From the NCBI GenBank assembly GCA_040954595.2, contig CM082586.2, positions 1,493,124 to 1,557,123 on the forward strand: a stretch of DNA of 64,000 nucleotides, written 5' to 3'. Position numbers and translations under genes: made by a program. Shown here piece after piece: positions 1-14,377 of this stretch (the first letter of the stretch is position 1; each line of letters opens with the position of its first letter). The notes below the pieces were generated by a model that saw only the letters and a list, made by a program, of their open reading frames with translations, was not told where the DNA came from and searched no databases. Source of the DNA: Balanoglossus misakiensis (Eukaryota > Animalia > Hemichordata).

Positions 1-1171
1 AGCAGCTGTGTGTAAGGTTCATTGTATCCATGGCAACCACTGAACTGCATCCATGGTAACCATTCAGTTTGGGCCACGCTGTGGTCATTCATTGACACTG
101 GCCAAAGTACGGCCGGACGTAGCCCCACATCACAGACACTTCACTGACCGCCACACCACGTCACTGTTACTTCCCCCGTCGCGTCTGCGGTCAAACCATG
201 CTCACTTCACTGAGTAATGGCCACTTTAAAGCCTGCAAGGATTGAGATACACACGTTCAGCCAATGCAGTCGCAGATGGACATATCATGATTGCATTATT
301 GGCGTCATTAGGGCATCATAACACAGCTTTTTTCAATTTAATCTTGTCATAATCTCTCGCTGAGTATAAGGATATGAAAACGACAAGTTTTAATATAAAA
401 TTGAAAACTTCAATGATTGAAAATGTCCAGTTTAGGAAAATAAGTGTACAGAAAAAAGGCATGGTAAGATTGCACATATTTTTTTTGTACTAGAAAATAT
501 TTCTGAAGTTCAGCCGACATGTAACAACTCAGCATCTGGTGTATGTTCACACAGCTGCTGATAAAGATTAATGTCTGTGGTGACATGTAGCATTTGCATG
601 GCACAGAAGCCGATGTATGTATACAAACTGTCTATGACCAAAGCACTGCAGTTAACCGACTAGATCATTGCATTCAGCAGACCTAGGGAACTGCAGTTGA
701 CAAAGCATAGTGATGAGCAGAGCACATCACTGCAGATGACAGGTGAACTGCTACAGATAGCAGACTTCACCATTTGACAGGTAACTGCAGATGATAGATG
801 AAACCTGCCACAGAAAGCACACCAGACCAATGGCATTGCAGACAACTGCAGATGACAGATTGACTGCTACACACAACCCCACCAGAACATTTCATGTAGC
901 AGACAAATTTAGTAGACAGATGAAACAGCTGCAGACAGCAAGCCAATGATTGCATTTGGCAGAAAACTGCAGATGACATTAAAATCATTGCAGATAGCAG
1001 ATGAGATCATTGCACTGAGCATCATGACCGAAATATTGTGAGGAGTGGACGACAGCATTGCATCTGAGGGATGTACTGGAACAGATGGCTGAAAAGGACT
1101 CTTCAGCTAGTGGACTAAACCACTTGCTTACTGGAGCCCACAGCATGGTTGCAACAAGGTGAAAGGCATCT

Positions 1172-4100
1172 TTATTTGATTTCAGCTGCACGCTTGAGAG
1201 TTTTGGGTGAAGAGCTGTTACTGCGCTGCCTGGCACTTTGCGGGTGATCGCTTTCTACCTCGGTTAAAGAGTGCACCGTCCCGCCGCTACCAGTACTACT
1301 GCTGCTGTAACTACGGATGGAAGTACTATCAAAACTGCTGCCTCTGGGTCTCATCTCTTCACGAACTGGCTCGCTGATCTTCACCCCGCTTCTTTTTAAG
1401 GAGCTGTTTTTGGACGACCCTTTGGCGAATGAAGACCTCCCGGTTTGGCTCTTCAGTGAGATGCGAGAGACGCTGTCGTCTGTGTCCTCCCCGGCACTTG
1501 GATGAGCGATCATCTCCGCTATGCTGCTGTTTCCGCTGCTGTGGCGAGACTTGCTCTTTCTGTCCAGTACATCAACGTGAACTTCAACAGGAGCTGGTGT
1601 CGAGTTCACCTGAAAGCTAGCACCTGGAAGATAGAATGGGAGAAAAATAGTGTCAATGGCACTGTGGCTCCCACAAGTATAAATTTAACCCTATCATCCC
1701 CACTTTACCCTTTCTCTCCTCTTTTCTAACATTCATTTCTTTCTATAACTCAAAGACATCTGTATGTCACCTACTGGTTCATAGGTATGCAATAATGCAT
1801 TGTCAAAGTTTGCTGTGTACTCACCATTATTTTAGCTAAGCTAGACTTCTGAGACTAAGGCAATATTATCCATGACTCTTTTTCGTGAATGAATCCTGTC
1901 TTCTACATGTTTACAAAAATACCACACATTATATACGGCTAGCTTTTCCTATTCTACTTTTTTATTTCTAATGTCATTTACAGAATTCAATGGTCAAATG
2001 TGAACGTCCGCCAGGACGTATAAAGTCTGTCTTCTCTGCTTGTTCCTCTTTCGTTTCTTTCTTTTTGACCTACCAGTGTTGATACTGGAATTATCCGTCA
2101 ACCCCATGGAAGTTGATTCACTGCTTATGCTGTTCCGATTATTCGGCATGTCCACGCTGCTTTCAATTCTGCAATAGGATGACAGATTGAATCAACTGTT
2201 TAGCACATCTACATTCAAACCTTAGGAAGCAGAAGAATCCTGAATATGACATTTCAACGTGGCTTGTTACACCCTGCCAGGAAGAGGGTTCACTTCACAA
2301 GTAGCACACACTTTCTATCCCACAGAGTATTGCCACCATTTTCTAACCCTTCAATTTTTAACACCTGCATGTCTAGGGAATTTATGCCTGTCTTTTGTTG
2401 AAAGACATATCATACATTTGACGTATATGTGGGATACTCTTGAGAATATAGGTGTTAAAGATATTGTGTTCTCCTGTCATCATTAAGGGTTACCTTGAAA
2501 GACATTTCATAATACATAGTTCATATTTCTAGGTCGTTTGGATTGGACTAACATGCTTTGTTACTCATAGACCAACTGACCCTAATTTAATTCCAATATA
2601 GGAAAAAGAGAATTGTTTATCTGCAGAGGGTCGATGCTATTCACATAGCCTCACCTGTTTTGTCCAATACCGGACGGTCCTGCCACGACGCTGCCTGACA
2701 GACTACCCGTGATGCTGGTGCCTGCAATGGCTCGAGTACTGGCACTGTCGCTGACCGTGTCGCTGTCGCGGATGATACCCACTCGGTCCATATGGCTGCC
2801 ACTGGCACTAAGACTGCCCGTCAGACCTCCAACACTGGCCTCACCAATGCTCGGGTTGACCACTGCAGAGTTGACCTCCACTGCGCTCGGGTCACCTGGA
2901 TTACATATAAGATGACATTCAATATTTTGAACTGGGTCAGTTGTCGTGATTTTGCAAATTAGTGTTGTCACTTCTGCTGAAATGTCTCATGAGGAACCAT
3001 GAATGTGAATACACTAACAAGCGGTTATGTGTGTAATTCATCATGGAATACAGGTCAAGATTAACTGTGTCAAAGCCAAACTGAAGACACACACATGGAC
3101 ATAGACATGCAAACACACACACACAAACAATGTATAAAGGCTCACCTGTAAATGTCCCAGTCACTCCCACAGTGACATCGTTTTCATCATCAAATTCAAT
3201 TCGGACACCTCCACCGTCGCTGGTCGTAACACCACACCCACCACTACGGCAGAGGGAAATTGGCACAACTCCATAGACGTAAGCCAGCATGATTGGCACT
3301 CCAATACCTAAGCAAAATATTTATTCATTTTTTTTAGAAAGTTTCATCTTTCCTACTGATTTCCTTCCATCTTCAATTTCCATTAAGTTTTTTTAATGTA
3401 GATAGCTGTGTAGGAGGGATTACATCCATGCTGCACGATTTTTTGACTGAAACGTTTGAAACTAATAACATGATGACTTTGAAAATGTCATGACCTGCAC
3501 ACAAACTAGGACTGATATTACAATTTGTTATGAAAGAACTTTGCTATGACCACCTGCTTCTGTGCTAAATTGCCTGGCTAATTGACAGGATTTATCTGTG
3601 CATAGCACTAGGTACATCTGATACCAGCCAAGGGATTTCTGCATTACTTTCTTCTGATGAGACTTTGCTGTGGTTTTGACAAACTTGAGGAGAAACTATT
3701 CTGTACATAGAATACTTACCCACAGTCAGTGCAGCCAAAACGGGTGATACAATAATGGACAGCGTCACACCACCAGTAATCGCTAAATTGCGCTTGTGTT
3801 TTGAAACATTCTTGCCCTCATATTTACCATGAATCTGTAACAGTCAAAAGTAAATCACTTAAAATGGGTTTTTATGGAATACTAGGGCCCAGTACATTTT
3901 CTGAACATGAATTTATCGTGTGTGCAAAGTGACGATAAAAATAGATGGTTTGTGTTTGATTGTGTGTATACAGAAGTCAGATAAACCCTGACCTTCACGG
4001 GATATTGTTGGGACTAGTAATCCCTTTATAAGTACAGAGAAGTCTGGTATTTCAAGATGGAGATTTCTAACAAGATGACCTCATCTCAAAATCAGTAGAA

Positions 4101-7034
4101 GCCATAAGGTTCTGTCAGTTGGATCCACCCACGGACTATCATCATCACAATTAGAATGACAGAAAAGCAATTTCCAGGATCTTTACCTTTTTCCCTACGT
4201 AGACAGGGATACCTATGATCATCGCAGGAATGGCTATTCCAGCAACCAGTGCTATCCCCACTGGAGCCCCAACCAATGTGCCCAGCTGCCACAGGATCTT
4301 CTTCTTTCGACTCCATGGTTTTTTGCCCCAGAAGGTACACCCAGAGGGGCTGAGGCAACAAAAGAAAACAGCAGACAAAACTTTATATTACTGATGATAC
4401 ATGTAGTCATTCTGAGTCTCACGATGATCCCCACATGTATGACACAGGATTCCTATCATTTACACCACTCGGCAATGCGTGTGAAAAGTTGGCTCGAATG
4501 CGAGGGTCACACATCACTCAATGCCGAGGGCGATGGTGACAGCTACACATTTTCAGCTACCCTGTAATGGTCATCAGTCCTCACCTGAGGTAATGTAAAT
4601 CAGAGATCTCCTTCATGCAGAGCCAGCAGAATTCAGCACCGCACACTGCGCATGTCATGTGATTGCAGGAGCCGTCATCCATCTTCACGATGAACGCTGA
4701 ACATCGTGGACACGGCTTAATGTCATCACCTGTGATAATGGGAGATCCGTAGAAGATGTTATCCTCACTTAATCTCACTCGCCAATTTACTGGGAACTCA
4801 ACACAGAATTCAAACACTTTGATTGCCAGATCTGTCTCAAGAAAATGGAATTCTTATTTCTTCATGCATCGCATAAAAACAGCTGGGAAGGGCTACATCT
4901 GCAGATATTTTAACTCTGACAGCTGTGACAATCACTAAATATAAGTCACTGTACTATTTCATATGCAATAGATTAAACAGCAGAAGGCTGGTGTGTGTAT
5001 ATATATTACAACAGAATTTGGTTACATTAATTTTGATTTTTTTTTAATTCCCACCTACATGTACAGGTTAATCAAATAAATGTTACAGATCTCAGTGATG
5101 GCTACTCTAAAGACAGACAGCAAAAAAGAGGATTTCATTTTTTCGTCACAACTGAATATAAGCATTAAGGCATGATACAATGGATGCTTTTATGAGGGCA
5201 TTGTAACAGGAAGGTATCACACGACACATGTATGTATGTATGAAGGATTGTTAGAATGTCATTAATTTGCTATGGGGAAACGTTAATAGCCTTATATCCC
5301 CCGAAGCTCTAGCAATTCAAAGCATGTCCACTTCATCAATGTGAACAGAGATAATGCCCTAGCCAGGGTTCGTCTGCTGAAAATCCCTCAAACTGCGGAT
5401 TTTCCAAGATTATTTGAGTTCATACATGTCACTTTTCCTGAAGAAATTAGAAATTTAGGTACGGCACTCTCATTAATTTCACAACGCATTTTATCAGAAT
5501 AATCAACATTTTGTCGTGATGGCATTGACGAAATCAATATTCAAGGATTTTTGAGGGATAAATTATATATTTCTTGGGGTTTTTAATGAATTAAGAATAA
5601 TGTTTGAACTTGTTAATCCAGGCCAACTGTGGACAAAGCTGACCAAGTTTGAAACCGTACCACGTAAATAATAGCACAGACCCGAAAAACGGTGAACTCT
5701 CGGTCAATCTATTTGTAGCTCAGTGTTGTCAACAATATGAAGAGGAATTTTGATCTTTTCTATTGAAAAGCTACTCCTAAAAATAGGCTAGCCTTCAACT
5801 TATAAAATCAAGCATTTCTCCTCAATTCAAAACATTTCTATTTTTAAACAACTTAGACCTTGTTTCATTCAAGCAAACATGGTTGAAAACATTTATTATG
5901 GCCACAATGAATGTATCCAAGCAACGAATATAAATATATCAAAGCAACACATTAATATCAGCGTTTGATTTATGTTTGAATAAATAACATGAACTTAACA
6001 ATGTATCTTTAATTAATAAATACATGTATTTTGATACGCGTGGGCAGTTGTAAATAATGAGAAAAAGTTTCAGACTTTGATTTTCCAGGTGTGTACTACC
6101 TTAATTAAATATTCACGGCTTCTAGGGGGAGAGGGGGGTATGATAATTGTAACACATCACTCACCCAATCCTGAGCTGATGCTGTGTCTGACACTGACTG
6201 ATGACGTTCTATACTTAGCCAGGCGTTGCTGTCGCGCCATGTCGCAGGTCTGGTTGGGATGCCACACTTGCTTGCAGTGGTAGCAGAAACTGATGGCGCA
6301 GTTTGGACGTTCACATTGCAGCTTCGGACAGCTTGCGCAGCCTGCAGCAATGACCACATAGCTGCAAAATAAGATTACAATAAAACGTCACGTAAAATGA
6401 ATACTTTCAAATCTGTCTGAAAATTCAAGGTACATGGGAATTCTTTGAATATATTATTTGAACATTCAACTTTACATCCAATGCCAAACACTTACCCACA
6501 ATCCGGGGCAGGGCACCACCGAGCATCAGGGTCTGTCACCAGCAACCTGCGTAACGTAAATTCCTCGTATTTACCGTAAATGATGTCGTCGTTCAGGACC
6601 ATGCGTATGTCATTGGGATGGAAGTGTTCGGCACATTCGGGACACGCAATGTTTACTCGACTTTCCGTGATTTCAATCTTCAGATACTGTCGAAGGCACT
6701 CTTGACACGATCGATGATGGCATGTCATTATATCCGGAAATTGGTCTTTCGGTCGCTCCATCAAACAGAGCGGACATTCCAACTTTCCATTTCCCGATTT
6801 CCGTTTGGATTTCTTCTCCACATGATAGCTCACTGGAATTTCCGCTTCGTTTGAATTGTTGGAAGGAATAGCTGCGGCGTCGTCGAATTCCTTGCTTGGT
6901 TTCTTTCTCTTCGGTCGGTGGAGGAGTCTGCGTATTGAGAAGCGTGATTCCTGCTTCCTGGATTTCTTCGGCGTTGGCTGCGACAGCGATGTGATGGAGC
7001 ATGCAGAACGAGTTTCCACTTCAGCTGCAGCCAT
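1172..7034 (-). CDS. RNF19: RBR (RING-IBR-RING) E3 ubiquitin ligase, RNF19A/RNF19B (dorfin) family, 9 coding exons
   Basis: Exons splice in frame with GT-AG: 7034-6496, 6361-6165, 4729-4585, 4349-4187, 3834-3720, 3307-3146, 2895-2655, 2168-2074, 1623-1172. RING1 [17 protein letters not shown]; [23 protein letters not shown]; RING2 [26 protein letters not shown]; followed by the RNF19-typical [24 protein letters not shown] and hydrophobic TM segments. Confidence 0.95.
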
Positions 7035-9356
7035 TTTAGAGGCACTGTAGCAAAGCAAGCAGACAGTACATAAATCTGTCAAATAACCACCTTGCAAGAT
7101 TTGATCAATTGCCAGTTACATGTAAGCAGGTACCTTCCAATTTGGAGGCGATAAGGACTCTCATTCGAGGTCTCACGAAAAATTAATGGCCAGATAAAAG
7201 CTGATAAAGAAACTGAAATGACAGGTTCTGCGTATCTAGAAAATATAAGAGCAGTGTCTCTCTGCGATTCCTATCTTCCAAATCAGTGTAGGCCCTGATT
7301 ACTGTATGATTATCTTCTTTCAGACTCTGTGTAGCACATCCTCCCGGCAGGGAGCAGAAACGACACTGCATGGCAACGTCGGGTTGTAATTTGTCCATGC
7401 ATACAAAACGTGGTGAGCGAAATGAGCTTCGGGGATTGTATCATGCTTTTTTACACTGTAATGTACATTCAGTAGAGGAGGTTTCCTGTGGTGTGTGTGA
7501 GAAGCTAAAACTGGCAAAAAACCCATAATACACTGGACGGCCAGTGCCTTTTGGTTATCGTGGTTGTTGTCAATTGAGACTGTGCATAGGAAGTGTGATT
7601 ATCTGAGCGCAATAGATTTTTTTTTCAAGTTACAAATGTATTGTGTGGTGCAGTGTACACAAGTCGTATATGTATGTACAGAATCTTAGCGCAAAGGGAC
7701 CAGATTCGCATATAGTGCAGATACACATATACCATGATTGTTGTGTTCTGACTAAATCACCTGAAAGTAATCCAGCTGTGCACATAACTGTTGTAAAAAT
7801 AACTTCAAAATACTAAAATTAATTCCTACTGTGTTATATTATTTCTAACCGCAAGCTGCATGTATCAATGTATTACCTGCTCATATCAGAGGCAGTATGT
7901 GATTATATGCAGAATTTTTATAACACTTTTCACACGACTGACAACATTTTACGAGACCATATGGATATATTAATTTGAGCTGAGCACATACATGTATTTT
8001 GCAAATCAAAAGCAGCATCCTGAATGCATATTGCACTGCCTGTAGTCATAAAAACCTGCGACAACATGCATCAGAAACTGATTCATTGGAATAATATTGA
8101 ATTTATCAAAACAGCAATTAGCCCAGGCGGATGCTGATGATGAAGATCAACTATGATCTATATGGGCTCATTCATCGTAAACATGAAGAATGTATGTTGA
8201 ACACAAACAGGCTTCCCTGGTATGCAAAACACACGGGAACCCCTAATATACACACATGCATGTACTCTGAAGTCTTACATGTACCAATGGATGAAACCTG
8301 TAACCCCCTCCCCAAAACCTTACTCTTATACCGGTCCAGATGGAATTTTTTTACTACCACTACAATTTTCTCCGAAATCTTCCTGTGTGTGCATCAGCAG
8401 ACTACAGGATTCACATATGTAGTTGCTAGGCAACAGTAACTAGGGAACAACTCAGAGAAGGGTGTATGTATGTACATGTACATGTATGTGTGTTTGAAAT
8501 TTATTGTAGTATGTGTATGGCTTCAAAAACGCTGTTAAATTCTTTTTAAAAATGGGATTAATTTCATAATTTGCGCTAGAAAAAACATAAAAGGCAAAAA
8601 CAAAGTCAGTTTCACAATGTATCATTTCTAAAATACAGAGACACATTTCCTGACAAGTGTAACACACAAAGAACCCATTTGTGATCAACAGCGGATATCA
8701 CGTTTGTGGAAAAACAAATACATCACATTTTATTGAAAAACAAACCGTTTGGGGAAAAACATCCCCTTTAGCAACAGATCGCTCATTAAGACCCCTTGCT
8801 GAAGATCGCGTGAGTGTCATAATGTAGAAATATTTTTATGCAACTTTTTATACCCACATCATATCAGCTGTTGTACTACCTGAATATATTTCGTAACTGC
8901 TTTGTCACGTTTGTGTGTCTGTGTGGTTTTGAGTACATGTACGTGTAGATTTCCACAAGTAAACAAACCACATCTACCCATTGGGTATTTTCCTAAACCG
9001 TAAACCATGAAGAGACGATCTAAGGAAATCACAATCAAACTCTTGACACCAGAGTCTGTGATTTGGATTTTTACCTCTTCACGTATGAAGGGTACGATCC
9101 GTCGAATACACAGTATATATACTTGGAAACTCGATCAAGAAATAGACATGGTCTTATGCAGGCAAGCTTCTTCGATCGAGAGTTCGACATTCGACAGCAA
9201 ACATCGCGATCGCACGTAGTCACACACGAAACTGACACAGAGAAAGAGCATATCCTCAAGAAAGGGCCCAGAGTTGCCTACGATCGTCATACACGGACAA
9301 CAACCGCTAATATGACAAGTACGAGAAGATCTTGATATCTTATTCAATGTACTTAC

Positions 9357-9660
9357 CTGCACAGTGACTACGTACTATGGCCTGCCAAACACACTGGCAC
9401 CCGACGGACAGGAAACTCAAGCAGTAACGTCCGATCTATCAGTTTCTTGGTTACCTATACTATCAATCAGAAAATAAACTACACAAATTAGCTGACATTT
9501 ATGGCGATCGTCTCTTGTTTCTGCCCGTAAACGCCGATTACGTCTCGGTAAGTGACCGTAAAGTCTAAACAGAACCTGTTTCCGTTCTTTCAAAGTGACG
9601 TCATAACTATTGCTCCCAGAATGCCATCGCGACCAAACTATTGAGACTTCCGGTAAAATA
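9357..9660 (-). promoter_or_regulatory. Probable non-coding first exon and promoter of the RNF19 gene
   Basis: Strong donor CAG|GTAAGT at 9357/9356. CpG-richer zone with CRE TGACGTCA (~9596-9603) and ETS ACTTCCGG (~9646-9653). The coding ATG exon has an acceptor at 7044, so an upstream exon is required. Confidence 0.5.
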
Positions 9661-10682
9661 ACAGGGGTGGACAGCATATGCAGTTGCTTTGCTGTAGCAG
9701 CTCCGTTCGCTTCACATTGTTTAATACAACGATATCCAGACTTTCTCACCTGTAAATATCACCGATTAATAAAATAAAGAACCAACTATAACTAAGCTGA
9801 TTTAGATAAAACTGATAAATAACTAGGTTGGACATCAAATATTAAACCAAAATCAATCAATCAATCGAGTTATCTATTTGACTATCAGTATCATCATCAC
9901 CTTCTTCAATCTTTCTGTCTGTCTAGTCTGACTGTAATTCCCCCGTATTTTGGGTCTTAAATGCAAAACGTCTGCCAGAAAGAAGTCGAAAGCTTGAGAA
10001 ATTGTTGATCCCTCGTGAGCGTCGTCGAGGAAACGTGTACATGTAGTTTGTGCTTAATTTCTGTAAAAAGTTAAAGGTCGCATTCTATTCAGAGTGATGA
10101 CGATATCAGACATCGAATCGTCGTCATAATCAGCCTACTTTGCAATTGAAGAAACCTGGAGCTCGGGTATGTAAGACCAAAAGTGGGGGAACTCAAAAAC
10201 AAGAGTGAACGTGACGCACACTAGTTGTGATCAACGATCAACCCAGCACGTAATTTGAAGTTTTCAGCGCGACGCCTACGGTGATACACTTACGATTTCT
10301 AAACCAGCTTGGTTACGAGTGAGTAAGAACGCAGGTGTTGTCAGACGCCCACTCGAACGCAAGACTGAATTTTCTTTCAATTTATTATGCGCAATATCGA
10401 CATCAGTTTTTCACCGTTCAGTCACTGGTGGCGCACAACACAAGGAATGTAAGAGATGACTAGCTAATAGGTGATGGTTTATAGCACTAGGAGACAATAG
10501 TACCCCCCCCCCAACAGAAAGAATACCATTTAAGTCAAATCAAACGACTGTGGTTAGTTTAGAGGTTTATTACCCGCTTTGTACCGTGTGAGCACACAAA
10601 ACAGGCAACTCTGGGTAAAGATAAAACAATACATCCTCATTTTGGCTAGTAAAAATAGTCTCGGAATATACATTGTAAATCA

Positions 10683-12442
10683 TCAAAGACCGAAGTCAGT
10701 CCATTGTCGCAAAAGGTCGTAAAACTCGTTAACTTTGGCGTATATTCCCGGAAGGCGAGGCAGTGCGCAGCCGTATCCCCAACTGATGACGCCGTAAAGG
10801 TACCATTTAGAGTCTTCGAGCTGGCATATGAGTGGACCACCACTATCGCCCTGTGAAAAAAAGCAAAGGCAGTGTGAGCATAGGGGAGTGTGGTTTAACC
10901 GCCACAAATAAACAAAAGAAAAAGAAAAACCTCCCAAATTAGGTGTTTAATAACGTAGTCATGCAGTCAACTCAATTTAGTTGTTTAAATTGTTCGGTCC
11001 AGTATATATTGTTACCCATAATACCTTGCAAGAATCGATGCCCCCAACTTCGTATCCAGCGCAAAACATCCTCTCTGTCAACGGGTTACCTAAACCACTG
11101 ATGTAATCTTCGCAGTCTTCTCGTGAGATTAAAGGAACCTGGACTTCCATTAGATCCGGGGGATAATCTCCTGTCAATATAGCAAGAACGTTTGAAATTA
11201 TCTCCGCCAACTTCGACTGTCGAGTCGGACACAAATCTCACACCTGTTCCGACATGGAAGCAGGAAAAGCACGTGCACTCGCGTATTGACGTTTTCGTTG
11301 TAACAACTGGCCTGTAAAAGTACATAATACGCACTGTGTGGGAATTTCCATGTTGCTCTGATACCAAGCGAAGCACGTTGCAATATATTGAGTGAAGGAC
11401 GTAAAGGAAGCTAAGAAAATGCACACCCTTAAAAGTGACCGCTCACCATTTGAACGTGTTTTGCCCCAACCTGCAATCCAGCACAATGTACCTTCCCGAA
11501 GAGTTAGATCGCTAGGTGGCAAACAGGCTGGGAAGAGATTTTGACTGTACGTCACACTCTCTTGTAATTTCAGGACAGCGAAGTCGTGGTCGTGTCCATC
11601 GCTGTCATAGGACGGATCGACAAAAGCTTGATCGATAGGCACCGACGTCTCGGGCGGTGAGGGCGCTGATGTGTTGATAGTGTTGGTACCGAATACTACA
11701 GCGAGTTCATCAACACTGAATGAGAATAAGAATGTTAAAATTGCAGAATATCATTGTCAGTAATACAGTACATGTATCAGTATCCGTGTTATGTTAATCC
11801 CATTCCGATCCAACCCCAGCACAGGAGTGTCGATTCTATGTAATTTTTCCTTTCACTCTCATTATTTGATGAGATGTTCACGTGTGTTTTAATTTGACGT
11901 CACCCTATTGGACAGTTACCTTTCATCGTTCAGGCAATGAGCAGCCGTGATTACAAAGCGCTCGTCGATGAGCGTGGCACCGCAAATGTGACCGTCGTTG
12001 TTTTGCAGGGAGCCAATCCAGGGCCATGTAGCATCAGTCGCTGGGGAACCACCGATTATTCTCCCCTGGGGCACGGGCGCCAACGTTGGTCGATATCCGC
12101 ATTCTAGGTAAAGACAAAAATAATAACGGAGCATTGACAACAAGAAAATCACGACAAGAAGATCAACAAGAAAATCAATAATTGGCCATAGACCTCACCT
12201 TGAAATATAGGCGAAGTAGCTGCAATCGAAATTGTCGAGGATCCTTCTGCAAAACCTTCCGACCTTGACGAAAGTGTTCCTGCCGAGGTCGTCACAGGAA
12301 CGTTAGTTGCCAACGTTTGTTCACCTGCTACTGTTATCGGCTCAGTATCTGAACTCTGTGATGATGAGGGTGACGTTGGGGTTGATATAAACGTAGTGCT
12401 GGGCGAAGAAGAATGCATTGAAGAGTGCCTGTTGCCTAAAAG

Positions 12443-12506
<64 letters not shown>

Positions 12507-12838
12507 TATCATCATCATCTGAAATCTTGATAGAACACAATATAGCCATTCCTACAGAACAAAACAAGAATTTTACCCGAAGCAAAAACCGCAGTAACGA
12601 AAATAGCCACCATAATGAGCACTGCTATGACCACCAAACCCACAATATTGATGTATCTTGTCCGTCTGTGTTTGAATCCAGGCACTGCGTCCTGGTGGGA
12701 GGGTTGGGTGTATGGGGGGTAGATATGCACATTTGGATATTGTACATCCTGGCTTCTTGAATTGTCTCCTTCGTAGCGACCTTCCTCTTGATCAACTCCT
12801 TGAGTGTCAAACGTTCTGTTGTCGAATTGTTGAAGCAT
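10683..12838 (-). CDS. Type II transmembrane trypsin-like serine protease (S1 family), 6 coding exons
   Basis: Exons 12838-12577, 12435-12199, 12103-11920, 11715-11447, 11170-11025, 10850-10683. N-terminal signal-anchor [25 protein letters not shown]; Ser/Thr-rich stalk; activation site CG..R|IIGG; triad TAAHC / HDFAVL / GDSGGP; S1 Asp in GGIDSCK. Confidence 0.92.
12445..12519. repeat. (CAT)n microsatellite in a protease intron
   Basis: About 25 near-perfect ATC units read directly. Confidence 0.97.
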
Positions 12839-13972
12839 TTCTGCAGTCTATCACTAGAAGTAGAAGTAAGAAAAAGTCTTGAAGATATTTGAATATACCC
12901 CCCCCCCCACGGAGCAGCAAATATAGAGAACATGCCCCCGAGGAACTCGACCTTATACATGGACTATGGTCGTATGTATACAGTTCCTGTGCCAATTAGA
13001 GAGTATTGAAAACTAATACAAGTAGAAACCAGACAAAGACAGTCTACGAATATGAAATGTTGGACTCATACAGCGGTCTGACCTTTCGTTCTAACTCGTC
13101 ATTGTGGTCAGTATATACCAACTAGCAGTTCCCTACATGACTGCTGAATATCTTGCGGTTAAAATTGCCATGTAGAAGTGCACAAACCTGCATAAGGTGG
13201 CGCATGCATCCCCTTCACAGTACACACGTTTTGGCACACTATAGACCCGTTCTCATTGGTCATGTATAAACGCGCTTTTGTGTCGCCATTTTATGTGCGG
13301 CCTTCAGTTCGCCAGCAAAAACTCTCTCTGGTTACACACATCCGCCTTCTCCACCTTTTTGATGAGGTCACTCCATTCACAAGCGTTAAAGAAAAGAAAA
13401 TGGTGTCACGGACTCACGAATTCACCGAAATGTTTGCACAGAGGGCGTGGTTGCAATCGAACGTGATCACCACAGTTTCGTGGTTGTTGGGTTGGTTTAT
13501 TTGAACCATCTGAATCTCTATAGCGAGTGATTTGGCGGAGGGTTTTGAATCACGCCGACACGCGGCAATTATTTAAAATTCTGTCGCGTTTCTGTAATGG
13601 GTCACGAGCATAATACGGTATACACTGGAAGAAAGTGGTTAAGGGGAGAACCAATTGATTCCTGGGGGGTGGGGGTGGAGGGTATGTTAGCATTTTTGTC
13701 TTCAGTGAGGGTACTAAGAATATACAAGTACTGACACAGCATATGATATTTTTAAATGCATTTATTTATCATTTAGACAAGCATGAATTCAGCAACATTC
13801 AGCAATATGATAGAATCCAAGTCTTTTTCAGAATATTTACATCATGAAATAAGCACACCGTTTCTCATCGCATTTTTAGGTAGAACTTGTGAAAGGCGAC
13901 AGTGAGAATTGATTGAAAAAGAGAGAAACATAAATATTGTCACTGAAAACCTTAAAAAATAACTTCCGGTGG

Positions 13973-14377
13973 TTACCATGGAGTGTTTTCGCCTTGGTTA
14001 CTCTCGGTCTTGTCGTATCCACGTTGTTGATATTGGTTCCCCGGTGATCTGCGAAGTGGTGCAGGTCCGTCTACTCGGTAGTTGTCATTCTCGTTGTTAG
14101 GTCCGCCATGTTTCCACCATCTTGGTCGAAAATTCTGTACGTATAAAAAAAAGAAAAATATCATATAACCCTCAGCCTTATGTTATACGGTTGTCGATAT
14201 ATCTTATGAAAACTATGAGACTATACCAAGCTATACTAAGAGATTGCCAAGGGATTCTTATGAAAGTTATATATTTCGAGAAAGAGAAAAAATGCTTACT
14301 TTCGAAGACAACACCCCGTTGAGTTCCGCGAGAACACAGACGACCATGATCAAAGCCACAAACACCGTCTTTTGCAT
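13973..14377 (-). CDS. Small secreted peptide precursor A (79 aa, no recognised family)
   Basis: Coding exons 14377-14300 (MQKTVFVALIMVVCVLAELNGVLSSK, signal-peptide-like, donor GTAAGC) and 14134-13973 (NFRPRWWKHGGPNNENDNYRVDGPAPLRRSPGNQYQQRGYDKTESNQGENTPW*). Non-coding exon 1 ends at 14515 (GTATGT); TATA at 14601-14607; AATAAA near 13762. A paralogue with identical structure lies 1.9 kb away. Confidence 0.85.

Noticed and set aside
5360-5620. Possible MITE in an RNF19 intron (ATCCCTCAAA / TTTGAGGGAT inverted pair)
   Set aside because: Only a 10-bp internal inverted match; no defined termini or TSD.
13240-13605. CpG-rich segment with weak terminal inverted similarity and a tRNA-like TTGAATC
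   Set aside because: Inverted match too poor, no TSD, and no cloverleaf or A/B boxes could be built. It may be a repeat or enhancer but cannot be supported.
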